From Prochlorococcus sp. AG-679-K21 (GTDB taxonomy: Bacteria; Cyanobacteriota; Cyanobacteriia; PCC-6307; Cyanobiaceae), in contig QCUP01000001.1 in the NCBI GenBank assembly GCA_003208885.1, positions 12,750 through 76,749 of the forward strand: DNA of 64,000 nucleotides, in the 5' to 3' direction. The notes under the pieces are model-generated. The model did not search any database. It was not told the origin of the DNA and saw nothing but the letters and a program-made list of their open reading frames with translations. Below are positions 50,903 through 61,795 of this stretch, piece after piece. Position 1 is the stretch's first letter. Every line of letters begins with the position of its first letter. Made by a program: the position numbers and the translations under genes.

Positions 50903-53734
50903 ATGCTCAAACTTTTGTTGGGAGACCCGAATACACGAAAGTTAAAGCGATATCAACCAATAGTTGAAGAAATAAACTTATTAGAAGAAGAAGTATCAAG
51001 ATTAACTGATGATGAATTACGGAAAGAGACTCAGAATCTTAAATCAAATATTTCATTAGAGTTAAATATTAAAAAACAAAAGGAACTATTAGAAGAAATA
51101 TTACCAAAAGCTTTTGCAATCGTCAGAGAGGCAAGTAAAAGAGTTTTAGAAATGCGTCATTTTGATGTCCAATTAATTGGTGGGATGGTTCTCCATGAAG
51201 GTCAAATTGCTGAGATGAAAACTGGAGAAGGTAAAACTCTTGTTGCAACACTGCCTTGTTATCTAAATGCTTTAACTGGTAAAGGTGTACATGTTGTTAC
51301 TGTAAATGATTACTTAGCTCGAAGAGATGCTGAGTGGATGGGACAAGTTCATCGTTTTTTGGGCTTATCAGTTGGTCTAATTCAGCAAGATATGAGTCCT
51401 TCTGAACGAAAAAAAAACTATGCCTGTGATATAACTTATGCTACTAATTCCGAATTAGGCTTTGATTATTTGAGAGATAACATGGCTACTGAAATCGAAG
51501 AAGTAGTTCAAAGAAAATTCAATTATTGCGTTATTGATGAAGTAGATTCAATTTTAATTGATGAAGCAAGAACTCCTCTAATAATTTCTGGACAAATTGA
51601 AAGGCCACAAGAAAAATATCAAAAAGCAGCAGAATTATCATTGTCTCTAATTAAGGCAAAGGAGCTGAGTAAAGATGGTGTTGATCCAGAAGGTGATTAT
51701 GAAGTTGACGAAAAACAACGTAGTTGTATATTAACTGATCAAGGATTTGCTAAATGTGAAGAATATTTAAAGGTTAAGGATTTATATGATCCTCAAGATC
51801 CGTGGGCCCATTACATCACTAATGCTTTAAAAGCTAAAGAATTATTCGTTAAAGATGTAAATTACATCATTAAAAAAGATGAAGCAGTAATAGTTGATGA
51901 ATTTACAGGAAGGGTTATGCCTGGAAGAAGATGGAGTGATGGGCAACATCAAGCAATCGAAGCAAAAGAAGGTCTTAAAATTCAGCCAGAGACCCAAACA
52001 TTAGCATCCATAACATATCAGAACTTTTTCCTTTTATATCCAGGATTGGCTGGCATGACAGGAACTGCCAAGACTGAAGAGGTTGAATTTGAAAAAACTT
52101 ATAAATTAGAATCAACAGTTGTTCCAACTAATCAGATAAGGAAAAGACAAGATTGGCCTGATCAAGTTTTTAAAACAGAACTCGGAAAATGGAAAGCGGT
52201 CGCTAACGAGACAGCAGAAATATATAGGAACGGTAGACCTGTTTTAGTAGGTACGACAAGTGTCGAAAAAAGTGAGTTATTAAGTACGCTTCTTTTCGAG
52301 CAGCAAATCCCACATAATTTACTAAATGCAAAACCAGAGAATGTAGAACGCGAGGCAGAAATCGTAGCTCAGGCTGGAAGATCAGGTGCTGTCACTATTG
52401 CAACAAATATGGCAGGAAGAGGAACTGATATTATTCTTGGTGGTAATAGCGACTATATGGCAAGGCTAAAATTAAAAGAAACTTTAATGCCTTTACTTGT
52501 TAAGCCAGATAATGAGCATAAGCCACCAATACCTCAACAAAGAAATTTAAAAGCTGGGGGAGGCTTTTCTGCAAAGGTTGACTCGGTTTCTAGTAAGAAT
52601 ACTAAAAGTGGTGTGGACAGTCTTTTCCCATGTCAGTTAGGCGAAGATATTACCAGAAAACTATCTTTATTATCCAATGAACTTGTAAAGAAATGGGGAG
52701 ATAGAAGTTTAACTATTCTGGAATTAGAAGACAAAATTGCAACTGCTGCTGAAAAAGCTCCAACGGAAGATAAACTCATACAAACTTTGAGAGAATCTTT
52801 ATCAGAGGTGAAAAATGAATATGAAAAGGTATTAATTCATGAAGAAGAAAATGTTAGAAAAGCTGGAGGCCTTCATGTCATTGGAACTGAAAGGCATGAG
52901 TCAAGGAGAGTTGATAATCAGCTTAGAGGCAGAGCAGGTAGACAAGGAGATCTTGGCAGTACCAGATTCTTTCTATCTTTGGAAGATAATTTATTAAGGA
53001 TATTTGGAGGAGATAGGGTAGCAAACTTAATGAATGCTTTTAGGGTAGATGAAGACATGCCTATTGAGTCAGGGATGCTTACTAGATCCTTGGAAAGTGC
53101 TCAGAAGAAAGTCGAGACTTATTATTATGACATTAGAAAACAAGTTTTTGAATATGATGAGGTGATGAATAATCAAAGAAAAGCAGTTTATAATGAGAGA
53201 TTAAGAGTTCTAAAAGGAAATGATTTGAAGAAACAAGTCATAGGGTATGGAGAAAGAACAATGGAAGAAATTGTAGAAGCTTATATTAATCCAGATTTAC
53301 CCCCAGAAGAATGGGATATTGATCAATTGATTTCTAAAGTAAAAGAATTTATTTATTTATTAAACGATCTTAAATCAACAGATGTTAGTGTCTTATCTCT
53401 TGAAGAATTAAAAAATTATCTTCAAGAGCAATTACGTATTGCATATGATTTGAAAGAGGCTCAAATAGAACAATTTCGCCCAGGTCTAATGAGGGAAGCG
53501 GAAAGGTTTTTTATACTTCAACAAATTGATAATTTATGGAGAGAACATCTTCAATCTATGGATTCTTTAAGAGAATCTGTAGGATTAAGAGGTTATGGTC
53601 AAAAGGACCCGTTGATTGAATATAAAAATGAAGGTTATGATATGTTTCTTGAAATGATGACTAATATGAGAAGAAATGTCATTTATTCAATGTTTATGTT
53701 TCAGCCTAAAAGTGAAAAAGAAACTAATAATTAA
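50903..53734 (+). CDS. secA: Preprotein translocase ATPase SecA (likely start ATG 50903; track start 50864)
   Basis: [48 protein letters not shown]; GAGGA RBS and TATAAT (50860-50865) upstream. Confidence 0.98.
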   Translation: MLKLLLGDPNTRKLKRYQPIVEEINLLEEEVSRLTDDELRKETQNLKSNISLELNIKKQKELLEEILPKAFAIVREASKRVLEMRHFDVQLIGGMVLHEGQIAEMKTGEGKTLVATLPCYLNALTGKGVHVVTVNDYLARRDAEWMGQVHRFLGLSVGLIQQDMSPSERKKNYACDITYATNSELGFDYLRDNMATEIEEVVQRKFNYCVIDEVDSILIDEARTPLIISGQIERPQEKYQKAAELSLSLIKAKELSKDGVDPEGDYEVDEKQRSCILTDQGFAKCEEYLKVKDLYDPQDPWAHYITNALKAKELFVKDVNYIIKKDEAVIVDEFTGRVMPGRRWSDGQHQAIEAKEGLKIQPETQTLASITYQNFFLLYPGLAGMTGTAKTEEVEFEKTYKLESTVVPTNQIRKRQDWPDQVFKTELGKWKAVANETAEIYRNGRPVLVGTTSVEKSELLSTLLFEQQIPHNLLNAKPENVEREAEIVAQAGRSGAVTIATNMAGRGTDIILGGNSDYMARLKLKETLMPLLVKPDNEHKPPIPQQRNLKAGGGFSAKVDSVSSKNTKSGVDSLFPCQLGEDITRKLSLLSNELVKKWGDRSLTILELEDKIATAAEKAPTEDKLIQTLRESLSEVKNEYEKVLIHEEENVRKAGGLHVIGTERHESRRVDNQLRGRAGRQGDLGSTRFFLSLEDNLLRIFGGDRVANLMNAFRVDEDMPIESGMLTRSLESAQKKVETYYYDIRKQVFEYDEVMNNQRKAVYNERLRVLKGNDLKKQVIGYGERTMEEIVEAYINPDLPPEEWDIDQLISKVKEFIYLLNDLKSTDVSVLSLEELKNYLQEQLRIAYDLKEAQIEQFRPGLMREAERFFILQQIDNLWREHLQSMDSLRESVGLRGYGQKDPLIEYKNEGYDMFLEMMTNMRRNVIYSMFMFQPKSEKETNN

Positions 53735-53741
53735 TTTGCAA

Positions 53742-54476
53742 TTAATCATCTCCTAAAAATTCTATTATTTCTTTGTCTTTTAGATTTTGTGCATTGCCAA
53801 CTTCAGATATATCAATAGATTCTGAATTTACCAAACATTGAAGGGTTTTTTGTAATTTCAGAATTTGGTTTTCAAGCTGGTCTATTCTATCCATTAAATT
53901 TTTAATTACATTAGCTTCTGCATCTGGTAAAGCAGAGTGTGCTAGAGGATTTACTTTTACCCCACTTTGATGAACTATTCTTCCTGGTATTCCAACAACA
54001 GTACTATTTTCTTCGACATTACGAACTACGACTGATCCTGCGCCAATTCTAGTATTTGGTCCAATTATTATTGAACCAAGAACTTTTGCTCCTGCCCCTA
54101 CTACAACATTCTCCATTAATGTTGGATGTCTTTTGCCATGACTTTTACCAGTGCCTCCTAATGTCACTCCTTGATAAAGTAAGCAATTATTACCAATTTC
54201 CGCTGTTTCGCCGATGACAACACCCATGCCATGATCTATAAAAACTTTTTTCCCGATTTTGGCACCAGGATGTATTTCTATTCCGGTGAATAATCTATTT
54301 AAATGACTTAATAATCTCGGAATTAAAGGTAATTTTAATAGCCATAATTTATGGGTTAACCTATGAACGATAATTGATTGGAAACCAGGATAGCAAAGAA
54401 AAATTTCCAAAATTCCTCTTGCTGCAGGATCTCTCTCTTTTATTATCTCAATATCTGACTTGAAAGTTCTTAGCAT
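53742..54476 (-). CDS. cysE: Serine O-acetyltransferase
   Basis: [34 protein letters not shown], hexapeptide repeats. Confidence 0.96.
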   Translation of the reverse strand: MLRTFKSDIEIIKERDPAARGILEIFLCYPGFQSIIVHRLTHKLWLLKLPLIPRLLSHLNRLFTGIEIHPGAKIGKKVFIDHGMGVVIGETAEIGNNCLLYQGVTLGGTGKSHGKRHPTLMENVVVGAGAKVLGSIIIGPNTRIGAGSVVVRNVEENSTVVGIPGRIVHQSGVKVNPLAHSALPDAEANVIKNLMDRIDQLENQILKLQKTLQCLVNSESIDISEVGNAQNLKDKEIIEFLGDD

Positions 54477-54482
54477 GATGAA

Positions 54483-55469
54483 TTAATTAATAACTCCTAT
54501 CTCTGTTTTTAAATGATTTATTGTTTTGATGCTTAAATAGTTTTTTGCACATATAATTTTTGGTATTCTCATCAATTGTGAACGATTTTTTAACAGAGTA
54601 TTTTCAATAACGGATAGACTTGGCCCATCGCATACTATATGATTGGAAGCTTTTAAAAGGGATAATAACCTACTACTGTTATCCGAAATGGTATTCATGA
54701 GTACTATATCACTTCCTCTCATGCTATTTATGATAATTTCTGCGGCCCTTAATAGGCCGGGACTGATGCTTACGATACCTACACAACTCCCAGGTTTTAA
54801 TTCTTTGATTATTTTTAATTCTTTCTGAAAGTCGCTCAAATCAACTGCAATAGCTCTAACTCTATATTTTTTTGCTAATTTTTCTAAGGGTTGTAAAAAA
54901 TATCTACTTGTGACAATTGTCCCATTATTGGAGTTGCAAAGAACTTTTTCCAATTCTTCCATAGGGACAACCTCTACTGGGACCTTGATGTTTGGAGAAA
55001 GGTCTTCTGCAATTAACATAGAGGCACCTATATCTTCCCGAGGGGTACTGACTATTATTCTTGATCCACACTTAATACGCCAATCAATTTCATTAGTCAA
55101 AAGATTTCTTGTTTCTTGAAGAGTGCATCCAAGTTTGATTAATTTATCTATTGCTTTTTTTGTCTCTAGATCAGGAGTTGTATTTATATTGTTTTTTGAA
55201 TTAAAGGATTTTTTAAAATCTTCTTTTTTAATATTATCTCTCACATAAATCCCTGATCCAGCTATCGCTTCAACAACTCCGTCCGTTTCGAGTTGTCTGT
55301 AAACTTTACTTATAGTATTGCGATGTAATCCTGTTTGCATTGCCAATTGTCTAGTACTAGGCAAGCGATGACCTGGAGGATAATATCTTGCTGCAATCGC
55401 AAAACAAATTTGATTATATAACTGTGTAGAAGCCGGAATATCAATTTCTTGTTGAATATGAAATCTCAC
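54483..55469 (-). CDS. plmA: GntR-family regulator, cyanobacterial PlmA type
   Basis: LPSTRQLA..TGLHRNT..KVY..LE..G HTH plus long PlmA-type C-domain (VTSRYF). Confidence 0.85.
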   Translation of the reverse strand: MRFHIQQEIDIPASTQLYNQICFAIAARYYPPGHRLPSTRQLAMQTGLHRNTISKVYRQLETDGVVEAIAGSGIYVRDNIKKEDFKKSFNSKNNINTTPDLETKKAIDKLIKLGCTLQETRNLLTNEIDWRIKCGSRIIVSTPREDIGASMLIAEDLSPNIKVPVEVVPMEELEKVLCNSNNGTIVTSRYFLQPLEKLAKKYRVRAIAVDLSDFQKELKIIKELKPGSCVGIVSISPGLLRAAEIIINSMRGSDIVLMNTISDNSSRLLSLLKASNHIVCDGPSLSVIENTLLKNRSQLMRIPKIICAKNYLSIKTINHLKTEIGVIN

Positions 55470-55566
55470 TTTAGAAAAACCTAATTAATTTCTTGTACTT
55501 GCATATTTGATACTTTAACATCAGTCAACATTCTTGAATGAATTTCGTATTTTAAATTGCCTTAAT

Positions 55567-56139
55567 TTACTCTTCTTCTTTTTTTATTAGAGGTGTTTTT
55601 CTGGGACTTAAAAACATAATCATATTTCTACCTTCCCTTTTTGGTCTTTGTTGAACTTCTGACTGTTCTTCTAGATCATTAGCCATTTTTAAAAGTAGTG
55701 TTTCTGCTAAATTTGAGTGTTGAATTTCTCTACCTCTAAAAAAAACAGTGCATTTAACCTTATCTCCTGATTTTAAAAATCTAACAGCTTGACCTATCCT
55801 TACGTCATAATCATGCTTATCAATCTTGTATCTCATTTTTACTTCTTTAACTTCAGTTTGATGAGATTTTTTCTTTGTTTCTTTTGCTTTTTTTTCTTGC
55901 TCAAATTTATATTTTCCATAATCCATAATCCTACAAACAGGTGGATTTGCTTTCTCGCTTACTAAAACTAAGTCAAGACCCCTTTGATCAGCAATTTCTA
56001 GTGCTTTTATCCTGTCAATAACTCCTAGTTGCTTCCCATCTGAATCAACAACTCTTAGTTGAGGGTATTTTATTCTTTCGTTAATATTTGGGAGCTCTCT
56101 AACAGGAGCGCGGCGATCAAAGCGTGGACGTGGTGGCAT
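55567..56139 (-). CDS. infC: Translation initiation factor IF-3
   Basis: INERI, LDLVLVS...[24 protein letters not shown]. Confidence 0.97.
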   Translation of the reverse strand: MPPRPRFDRRAPVRELPNINERIKYPQLRVVDSDGKQLGVIDRIKALEIADQRGLDLVLVSEKANPPVCRIMDYGKYKFEQEKKAKETKKKSHQTEVKEVKMRYKIDKHDYDVRIGQAVRFLKSGDKVKCTVFFRGREIQHSNLAETLLLKMANDLEEQSEVQQRPKREGRNMIMFLSPRKTPLIKKEEE

Positions 56140-56194
56140 TCAGTTTCTTGAAATGATTGTTTTGATGATGAAAGATTTACTTACTTTATTAAAG

Positions 56195-57094
56195 TTAGCT
56201 TAAAGCATACTTTATATTGATTATTGCATCTTTTAGTAGGTTTTTGTTATTAAGCCATATTGGATTGTTCTTATTGCGGAACCAGGTTTTCTGTCTCTTA
56301 GCAAATTGGATTGTTTTCGTTGCCGTTAGTTCAATAGCTTTCTCCACTTTTAAATTTTCTTTTATTACATCTTTTGCTTCCTTATATCCAATCGTTTCTA
56401 GCAAAGGTAAATTTGATCCATATTGATTAATAATATCTTTGGTCTCATCTATAATTCCAAATTCAAACATATTTTTTGTTCTTTTGAAAATCCGTTCTTT
56501 TAAATCTTCTCTATCTAAACCTAATTCTAATATTCTCCATGGGGGAGGATTTTGGAATTTTTGAGATGACATTGGTTTTCCTGTTACATAAAAGACTTCT
56601 AAAGCTCTTATTGTTCTAACTTGATCAGCGTAATTAATTTTTTTTGTTAAGACAGGATCACAATTTTTTAGAATTTCCCAACATTTTTCCTGACCTAATT
56701 TTTCGAATTGTGACCTTAAAGCTTTTTGAGGGGGTACATCCGGAGCAAAGAATCCTTTTATTATTGAATTCATATATAGTCCGCTTCCGCCTACTAGAAA
56801 AGGAATTCTTTTTTGATTTAGTTCTCGATTTATTGATTTTGTAGCAATATCTTGAAATTGTTTTGCATTTACTTTGTTAGAGGGTTCTTCGAGATCTATT
56901 AAAAAATGCTTTATTGTTTTTTGTTGTTCTTTAGTTGGCTTTGCTGTACCAATGTCCATAAATCTATAAACTTGCCTCGAATCGATATTATGTATTTTGA
57001 TATTAAAATATTTAGCAATTTCGATTCCTAGCTCAGTTTTGCCACTTGCTGTAGGCCCGATTAAAACTATTACTAATGGTTTTGGTGGGAACAT
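56195..57094 (-). CDS. miaA: tRNA dimethylallyltransferase
   Basis: [43 protein letters not shown]. Confidence 0.96.
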   Translation of the reverse strand: MFPPKPLVIVLIGPTASGKTELGIEIAKYFNIKIHNIDSRQVYRFMDIGTAKPTKEQQKTIKHFLIDLEEPSNKVNAKQFQDIATKSINRELNQKRIPFLVGGSGLYMNSIIKGFFAPDVPPQKALRSQFEKLGQEKCWEILKNCDPVLTKKINYADQVRTIRALEVFYVTGKPMSSQKFQNPPPWRILELGLDREDLKERIFKRTKNMFEFGIIDETKDIINQYGSNLPLLETIGYKEAKDVIKENLKVEKAIELTATKTIQFAKRQKTWFRNKNNPIWLNNKNLLKDAIINIKYALS

Positions 57095-57248
57095 ATATGA
57101 TTTTTTGGAAGAAATATTCGATTCATATGATTAAAGTGATTAAATTTTGCATTTACTTCAAGCCTTTCTCTTATACCGATGGTAAATTTAATGAAACGCC
57201 CTTTTAAAAATAACATTTTAAAAGTTTTATTTTATTTTTTTATATTAA

Positions 57249-59216
57249 ATGAGTGAGGACAAAAGATCTAATAAAATCTCCAATGACTATGGTGCTGATC
57301 AGATACAGGTCTTAGAGGGTTTAGAACCTGTTCGTAAACGACCTGGTATGTACATTGGTTCGACTGGTCCAAGAGGGTTGCACCATTTAGTATATGAAGT
57401 CGTAGATAATTCTGTAGATGAAGCACTAGCTGGTCATTGTGATCATATAGAGATAGTGCTTAAAGAAGATGGATCAGCTTTGATTTCAGATAATGGGAGG
57501 GGTATCCCTACAGATAAACATCCAAGAACAGGCAAAAGCGCTTTGGAAACTGTTCTTACTGTTCTTCATGCAGGGGGGAAATTTGGAAGTGGTGGATATA
57601 AGGTCTCTGGAGGGTTACATGGTGTCGGAATATCTGTTGTTAATGCTCTAAGTGAGTGGGTGAATGTTACTGTTTTAAGAGATGGTAGTGAGTTTAATCA
57701 AAGATTTGAAAAGGGAATTGCGAAAGGCGAATTAAAATCTCAAAAACAGCAAAACAAACCATCAAGAAAAGGTACAACAATTTGTTTTAAGCCAGATATA
57801 ACGATATTTACTGATGGGATTGAATTTGATTATGCTCTTTTATCCTCAAGATTAAGAGAATTGGCTTATCTTAATGGCGGTGTCAAAATTATATTTAGAG
57901 ATGAGAGGCAAAAATTATCTGATGGTTCTTTCAAAGAAGAAATTTACTTATATGATGGTGGCATTAAAGAATATGTTGAGTACATAAATAAAGAAAAGGA
58001 ATCTATTCATTCTGAGGTTATTTATGTCGATTCACAAAAAGATAATGTTTACGTAGAGGCAGCTTTACAATGGTGTTCGGATGTTTATTCAGATAATATA
58101 TTAGGTTTTGCAAATAATATCAGAACTATTGATGGAGGAACACATATAGATGGTTTAAAAACAGTATTGACAAGAACTTTTAATGCCATCGCGAAAAAAA
58201 GAGGTAAAAGAAAAGAAGTTGATAAAAATTTGTCAGGAGAAAATATTAGAGAAGGTTTGACGGTCGTATTATCTGTAAAAGTTCCAGACCCAGAATTTGA
58301 AGGTCAAACAAAAACGAAATTGGGAAATACTGAAGTAAGAGGAATTGTTGATTCCCTTATAGGAGAATCAATAATAAAATATATGGAATTTAATCCTAAT
58401 GTTTTTGATTTAATTCTAGAAAAAGCAATTCAATCTTTTAATGCGGCAGAAGCAGCGAAACGAGCGAGGGATTTAGTAAGGAGAAAAAGTGTTCTTGAGA
58501 GTTCAACTTTGCCTGGTAAATTGGCGGATTGCAGCTCAAGAGACCCCTCAGGTGCAGAGATTTATATAGTAGAGGGTGATTCGGCTGGAGGCTCAGCTAA
58601 ACAAGGCAGGGACAGGAGATTTCAGGCAATTTTACCTTTGAGAGGAAAAATATTAAATATTGAAAAAACAGATGATGCAAAAATATATAAAAATACTGAA
58701 ATTCAATCACTAATCACTGCTTTGGGATTGGGTATAAAGGGTGAGGAGTTTAATATTAATTCTCTACGGTATCATCGCGTTGTAATTATGACTGATGCAG
58801 ATGTAGACGGGGCACATATTAGAACATTATTATTAACATTTTTCTATAGATATCAAAGGGATCTTGTTGAAAAAGGTTTCATATACATTGCATGTCCCCC
58901 TCTATATAAAGTTGAAAGAGGGAAAAATCATAAATATTGCTATAACGAAAATCAATTGCAGAAAACTATAGAAGATTTTGGAGAAAAAGCTAATTATAAT
59001 ATCCAAAGATTTAAAGGTTTAGGTGAAATGATGCCTAAACAATTATGGGATACCACAATGAATCCTCAGACCAGAATGATGAAAAGAGTAGAAATCGAAG
59101 ATGCTTTAGAAGCAGATAGAATATTTAATATTTTGATGGGAGATAAAGTCGCACCTAGAAGAGAATTTATTGAAACTCATAGTGCGAATTTAGATATGGC
59201 GACATTAGATATATGA
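57249..59216 (+). CDS. gyrB: DNA gyrase subunit B
   Basis: LEGLEPVRKRPGMYIG, GGLHGVG, EGDSAGG, PLRGK, DADVDG, RFKGLGEM. Confidence 0.98.
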   Translation: MSEDKRSNKISNDYGADQIQVLEGLEPVRKRPGMYIGSTGPRGLHHLVYEVVDNSVDEALAGHCDHIEIVLKEDGSALISDNGRGIPTDKHPRTGKSALETVLTVLHAGGKFGSGGYKVSGGLHGVGISVVNALSEWVNVTVLRDGSEFNQRFEKGIAKGELKSQKQQNKPSRKGTTICFKPDITIFTDGIEFDYALLSSRLRELAYLNGGVKIIFRDERQKLSDGSFKEEIYLYDGGIKEYVEYINKEKESIHSEVIYVDSQKDNVYVEAALQWCSDVYSDNILGFANNIRTIDGGTHIDGLKTVLTRTFNAIAKKRGKRKEVDKNLSGENIREGLTVVLSVKVPDPEFEGQTKTKLGNTEVRGIVDSLIGESIIKYMEFNPNVFDLILEKAIQSFNAAEAAKRARDLVRRKSVLESSTLPGKLADCSSRDPSGAEIYIVEGDSAGGSAKQGRDRRFQAILPLRGKILNIEKTDDAKIYKNTEIQSLITALGLGIKGEEFNINSLRYHRVVIMTDADVDGAHIRTLLLTFFYRYQRDLVEKGFIYIACPPLYKVERGKNHKYCYNENQLQKTIEDFGEKANYNIQRFKGLGEMMPKQLWDTTMNPQTRMMKRVEIEDALEADRIFNILMGDKVAPRREFIETHSANLDMATLDI

Positions 59217-59542
59217 TGAAAAATGTGATAAAAAATATTTGGTTAATTGGATTCGCGCTGATTGTTCCCATTACCTTACCTGCCGGAGGAATACAAAGGA
59301 ATTCGAACGAATACAATATTCTTAATAATTCAAAGGAAATCATATTAAATGCAAATTGTTCGCTTTATACGGTTCCTAAAATTAATGCTAAAAAATTGTT
59401 GGTTCTTGATACCGGTTCTTCATTATCAGTTTTGCAAAAATGGGTAGTCAATCAAGATAATACTTGGGTAAGAGTAGAATTACTAACAAATCAATTTATT
59501 GAACATCCTAATAAAATTAAAAGGGGTTGGATTAAAATATAG
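59213..59542 (+). CDS. Secreted/membrane-anchored SH3b-like protein
   Basis: N-terminal hydrophobic segment, PITLPAGG, W.RV...RGWI SH3b-like end. Confidence 0.65.
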   Translation: MMKNVIKNIWLIGFALIVPITLPAGGIQRNSNEYNILNNSKEIILNANCSLYTVPKINAKKLLVLDTGSSLSVLQKWVVNQDNTWVRVELLTNQFIEHPNKIKRGWIKI

Positions 59543-59545
59543 AGT

Positions 59546-59908
59546 TTGGAATTAGATGGTGTTATTTATATTTTAGTAGGAAGCACTTTCGGTTTGATTG
59601 TAAGAATGTTTATCAAATATATTTCTGAAAGAGAGAAACTATTTTCATCTAATCATATTTTAATAGTAAATGTTTTATCCTCATTATTTTTAGGTATATT
59701 TGAAGGTTTAAATATAGCAAATAAGAATTTGATACTATTTTTTTATGTCGGTTTTTTAGGTTGTTTAAGTACATTTTCATCTTTTATATATCATTTATTT
59801 AATTTGATTCAAGAAAGAAAATACTTAAGTTTATTGCTTTATTATGCTGAAGTTTTAGTATTATCTTTTTTATTTTTCTGTTTAGGTTATTTTATTACTT
59901 CAATCTGA
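59546..59908 (+). CDS. crcB: Fluc/CrcB fluoride channel, copy 1
   Basis: G..G.IVR in TM1, VN..SS..LG, GFLGCLSTFSSF. Confidence 0.82.
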   Translation: MELDGVIYILVGSTFGLIVRMFIKYISEREKLFSSNHILIVNVLSSLFLGIFEGLNIANKNLILFFYVGFLGCLSTFSSFIYHLFNLIQERKYLSLLLYYAEVLVLSFLFFCLGYFITSI

Positions 59909-59913
59909 ATAAA

Positions 59914-60243
59914 TTGAATAAGAAATATTTATACACTTTATTATTAACAGCATATTTTGCAACATTTTTAAGATTTTATTTTAATAATAATTTTTTTATT
60001 TCTATTATAGGTTCTTTTTTATATGGCTTTTTTGTCGCAAGGACAATTAGTAAGTCAAAAAGAGAAATTATATTAACTGGTTTCTGTTCTTGCTTTACAT
60101 CTTTTAGTGGTTTTGTTCATTTTTTATATCAATTTATTATTCAAGGTTACTATTTAAAGTTATTTCTTTATTTGAATGTAATTGTTATTTTAAATTTAAT
60201 AGTAATGTATATTGGTGTTCAATTAAGTAGAAAAATTACTTAA
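59914..60243 (+). CDS. crcB: Fluc/CrcB fluoride channel, copy 2 (divergent)
   Basis: FLRF in TM1, IIGSFLYG, GFCSCFTSFSGF; tandem with copy 1. Confidence 0.7.
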   Translation: MNKKYLYTLLLTAYFATFLRFYFNNNFFISIIGSFLYGFFVARTISKSKREIILTGFCSCFTSFSGFVHFLYQFIIQGYYLKLFLYLNVIVILNLIVMYIGVQLSRKIT

Positions 60244-60249
60244 TTTTTA

Positions 60250-60255
60250 TATAAT
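60250..60255 (+). promoter_or_regulatory. Putative -10 element of mgtE
   Basis: TATAAT 30 nt upstream of the mgtE ATG in a 42-nt spacer. Confidence 0.3.
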
Positions 60256-60285
60256 ATTAATGTTACTCCGATTAAGAGCAATATT

Positions 60286-61695
60286 ATGGATGAAAATAAT
60301 AATGCCAAGGTAATAACCTCTTTGTCTTCGGACTTAACTACTCGTGGAAAAATTACAATTCAGCTTGAGGAATTATTAGTTGCAGGAAATTATGATGAAG
60401 CCAAATTATTATTAGAACCTTCCCAACCAGTTGATATAGCTGATGCAATTGGTAGTCTTCCTTTAATACTGCAAGCTCTCGCATTTAGATTATTAAAAAA
60501 AAATGAGGCAATTGAGGTTTATGAGTATTTAGATCCAATAGTGCAGCAAACATTACTAGATAGACTTCGTTCCGGTGAGGTTTTGGAAATAGTTGAAAAA
60601 ATGTCTCCTGATGATAGGGTTCAACTTTTTGATGAATTACCTGCAAAAGTTGTAAGAAAATTTCTATCAGCATTAAGTCCCGGGGAAAGAAAAGTAACAG
60701 CAGAATTATTAGGTTATGAGCCAGAAACTGCAGGTAGATTAATGACTACTGAATTCATAGATTTAAAAGAAATGCAAACGGCTGAGGAGGCTTTGTCTAT
60801 AGTAAGAAAAAGGGCTGCATTTACAGAGACGATATATAGCTTATATGTCACAGATAAAGAAAGGCATCTTACTGGTATTTTATCCTTAAGAGATCTTGTT
60901 ACAGCAGATCCTAAAAGGCCTATTGGTGAGGTTATGACAAAGGATGTCGTTAATATTTCTACTAACACTAATCAAGAGGACGTTGCTAGAGCCATTCAAA
61001 GATATGATTTTTTAGCTCTTCCTGTTGTAGATAAAGAAAAAAGATTAGTTGGAATTGTTACTGTTGATGATTTGATTGATGTTATTGAACAAGAAGCTAC
61101 TAGAGATATTTATGCTGCAGGAGCTGTTCAGCTTGGTGATGAAGATGATTATTTTCAAAGTGGTTTATTTACAATCGCCCGAAGGAGAATTCTATGGCTA
61201 TTAATTTTAGTTTTAGCTAATGGGTTAACTACGAAAGTTATTGCAATGAATGATCAGATTTTAAAAGAAATAGTTTTACTAGCTGCTTTTATCCCACTGC
61301 TTATCGGTACCGGAGGAAATGTTGGAGCTCAAAGTTCAACAGTCGTTATTAGGGGTTTAAGTACTCAAAAATTAAAATCATTGGGAGCATTTAAGGCAGT
61401 TGTTAAAGAGGCCATAACTGGTGCTCTGCTGGGGATTTTAATGATGCTAGTGGTTTTCCCCTTTGCTTGGTGGCAAGGTGAAGGGCCATTAATTGCATCC
61501 GCAGTTGGAATTAGCCTGATTTCGATAACAACGCTGGCTGCAACCGCCGGAGCCATTCTCCCCTTACTTTTCGACAAGATGGGTCTAGACCCTGCATTAA
61601 TGTCTTCCCCTTTCATAACAACTGTTACTGATATAGCTGGAGTGTTTATTTATCTTAGTACTGCAAATTGGCTACTTAATTCTTCAATTTTATAG
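60286..61695 (+). CDS. mgtE: Magnesium transporter MgtE
   Basis: N-domain, tandem CBS (AGRLMT, LVGIVTVDD), GGNVGAQ, DPALMSSPFITTVTD. Confidence 0.96.
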   Translation: MDENNNAKVITSLSSDLTTRGKITIQLEELLVAGNYDEAKLLLEPSQPVDIADAIGSLPLILQALAFRLLKKNEAIEVYEYLDPIVQQTLLDRLRSGEVLEIVEKMSPDDRVQLFDELPAKVVRKFLSALSPGERKVTAELLGYEPETAGRLMTTEFIDLKEMQTAEEALSIVRKRAAFTETIYSLYVTDKERHLTGILSLRDLVTADPKRPIGEVMTKDVVNISTNTNQEDVARAIQRYDFLALPVVDKEKRLVGIVTVDDLIDVIEQEATRDIYAAGAVQLGDEDDYFQSGLFTIARRRILWLLILVLANGLTTKVIAMNDQILKEIVLLAAFIPLLIGTGGNVGAQSSTVVIRGLSTQKLKSLGAFKAVVKEAITGALLGILMMLVVFPFAWWQGEGPLIASAVGISLISITTLAATAGAILPLLFDKMGLDPALMSSPFITTVTDIAGVFIYLSTANWLLNSSIL

Positions 61696-61795
61696 ATTTC
61701 ACTAGGTATTTATTCTCATTTTTCCAAAATTGTGGATTTTTTTGTTTAACTTTACATTTCTTAATGGTATTGTTTACAAAACAACATTAACTTTT

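Noticed and set aside
12429-59216. Inteins in dnaB, dnaX, clpP or gyrB (known cyanobacterial/plastid insertion sites)
   Set aside because: Protein lengths are standard and motifs are contiguous.
17360-59545. Glycine, TPP or fluoride riboswitches before gcvH, thiG or crcB
   Set aside because: Spacers are 8, 1 and 3 nt, leaving no room, and no consensus is visible.
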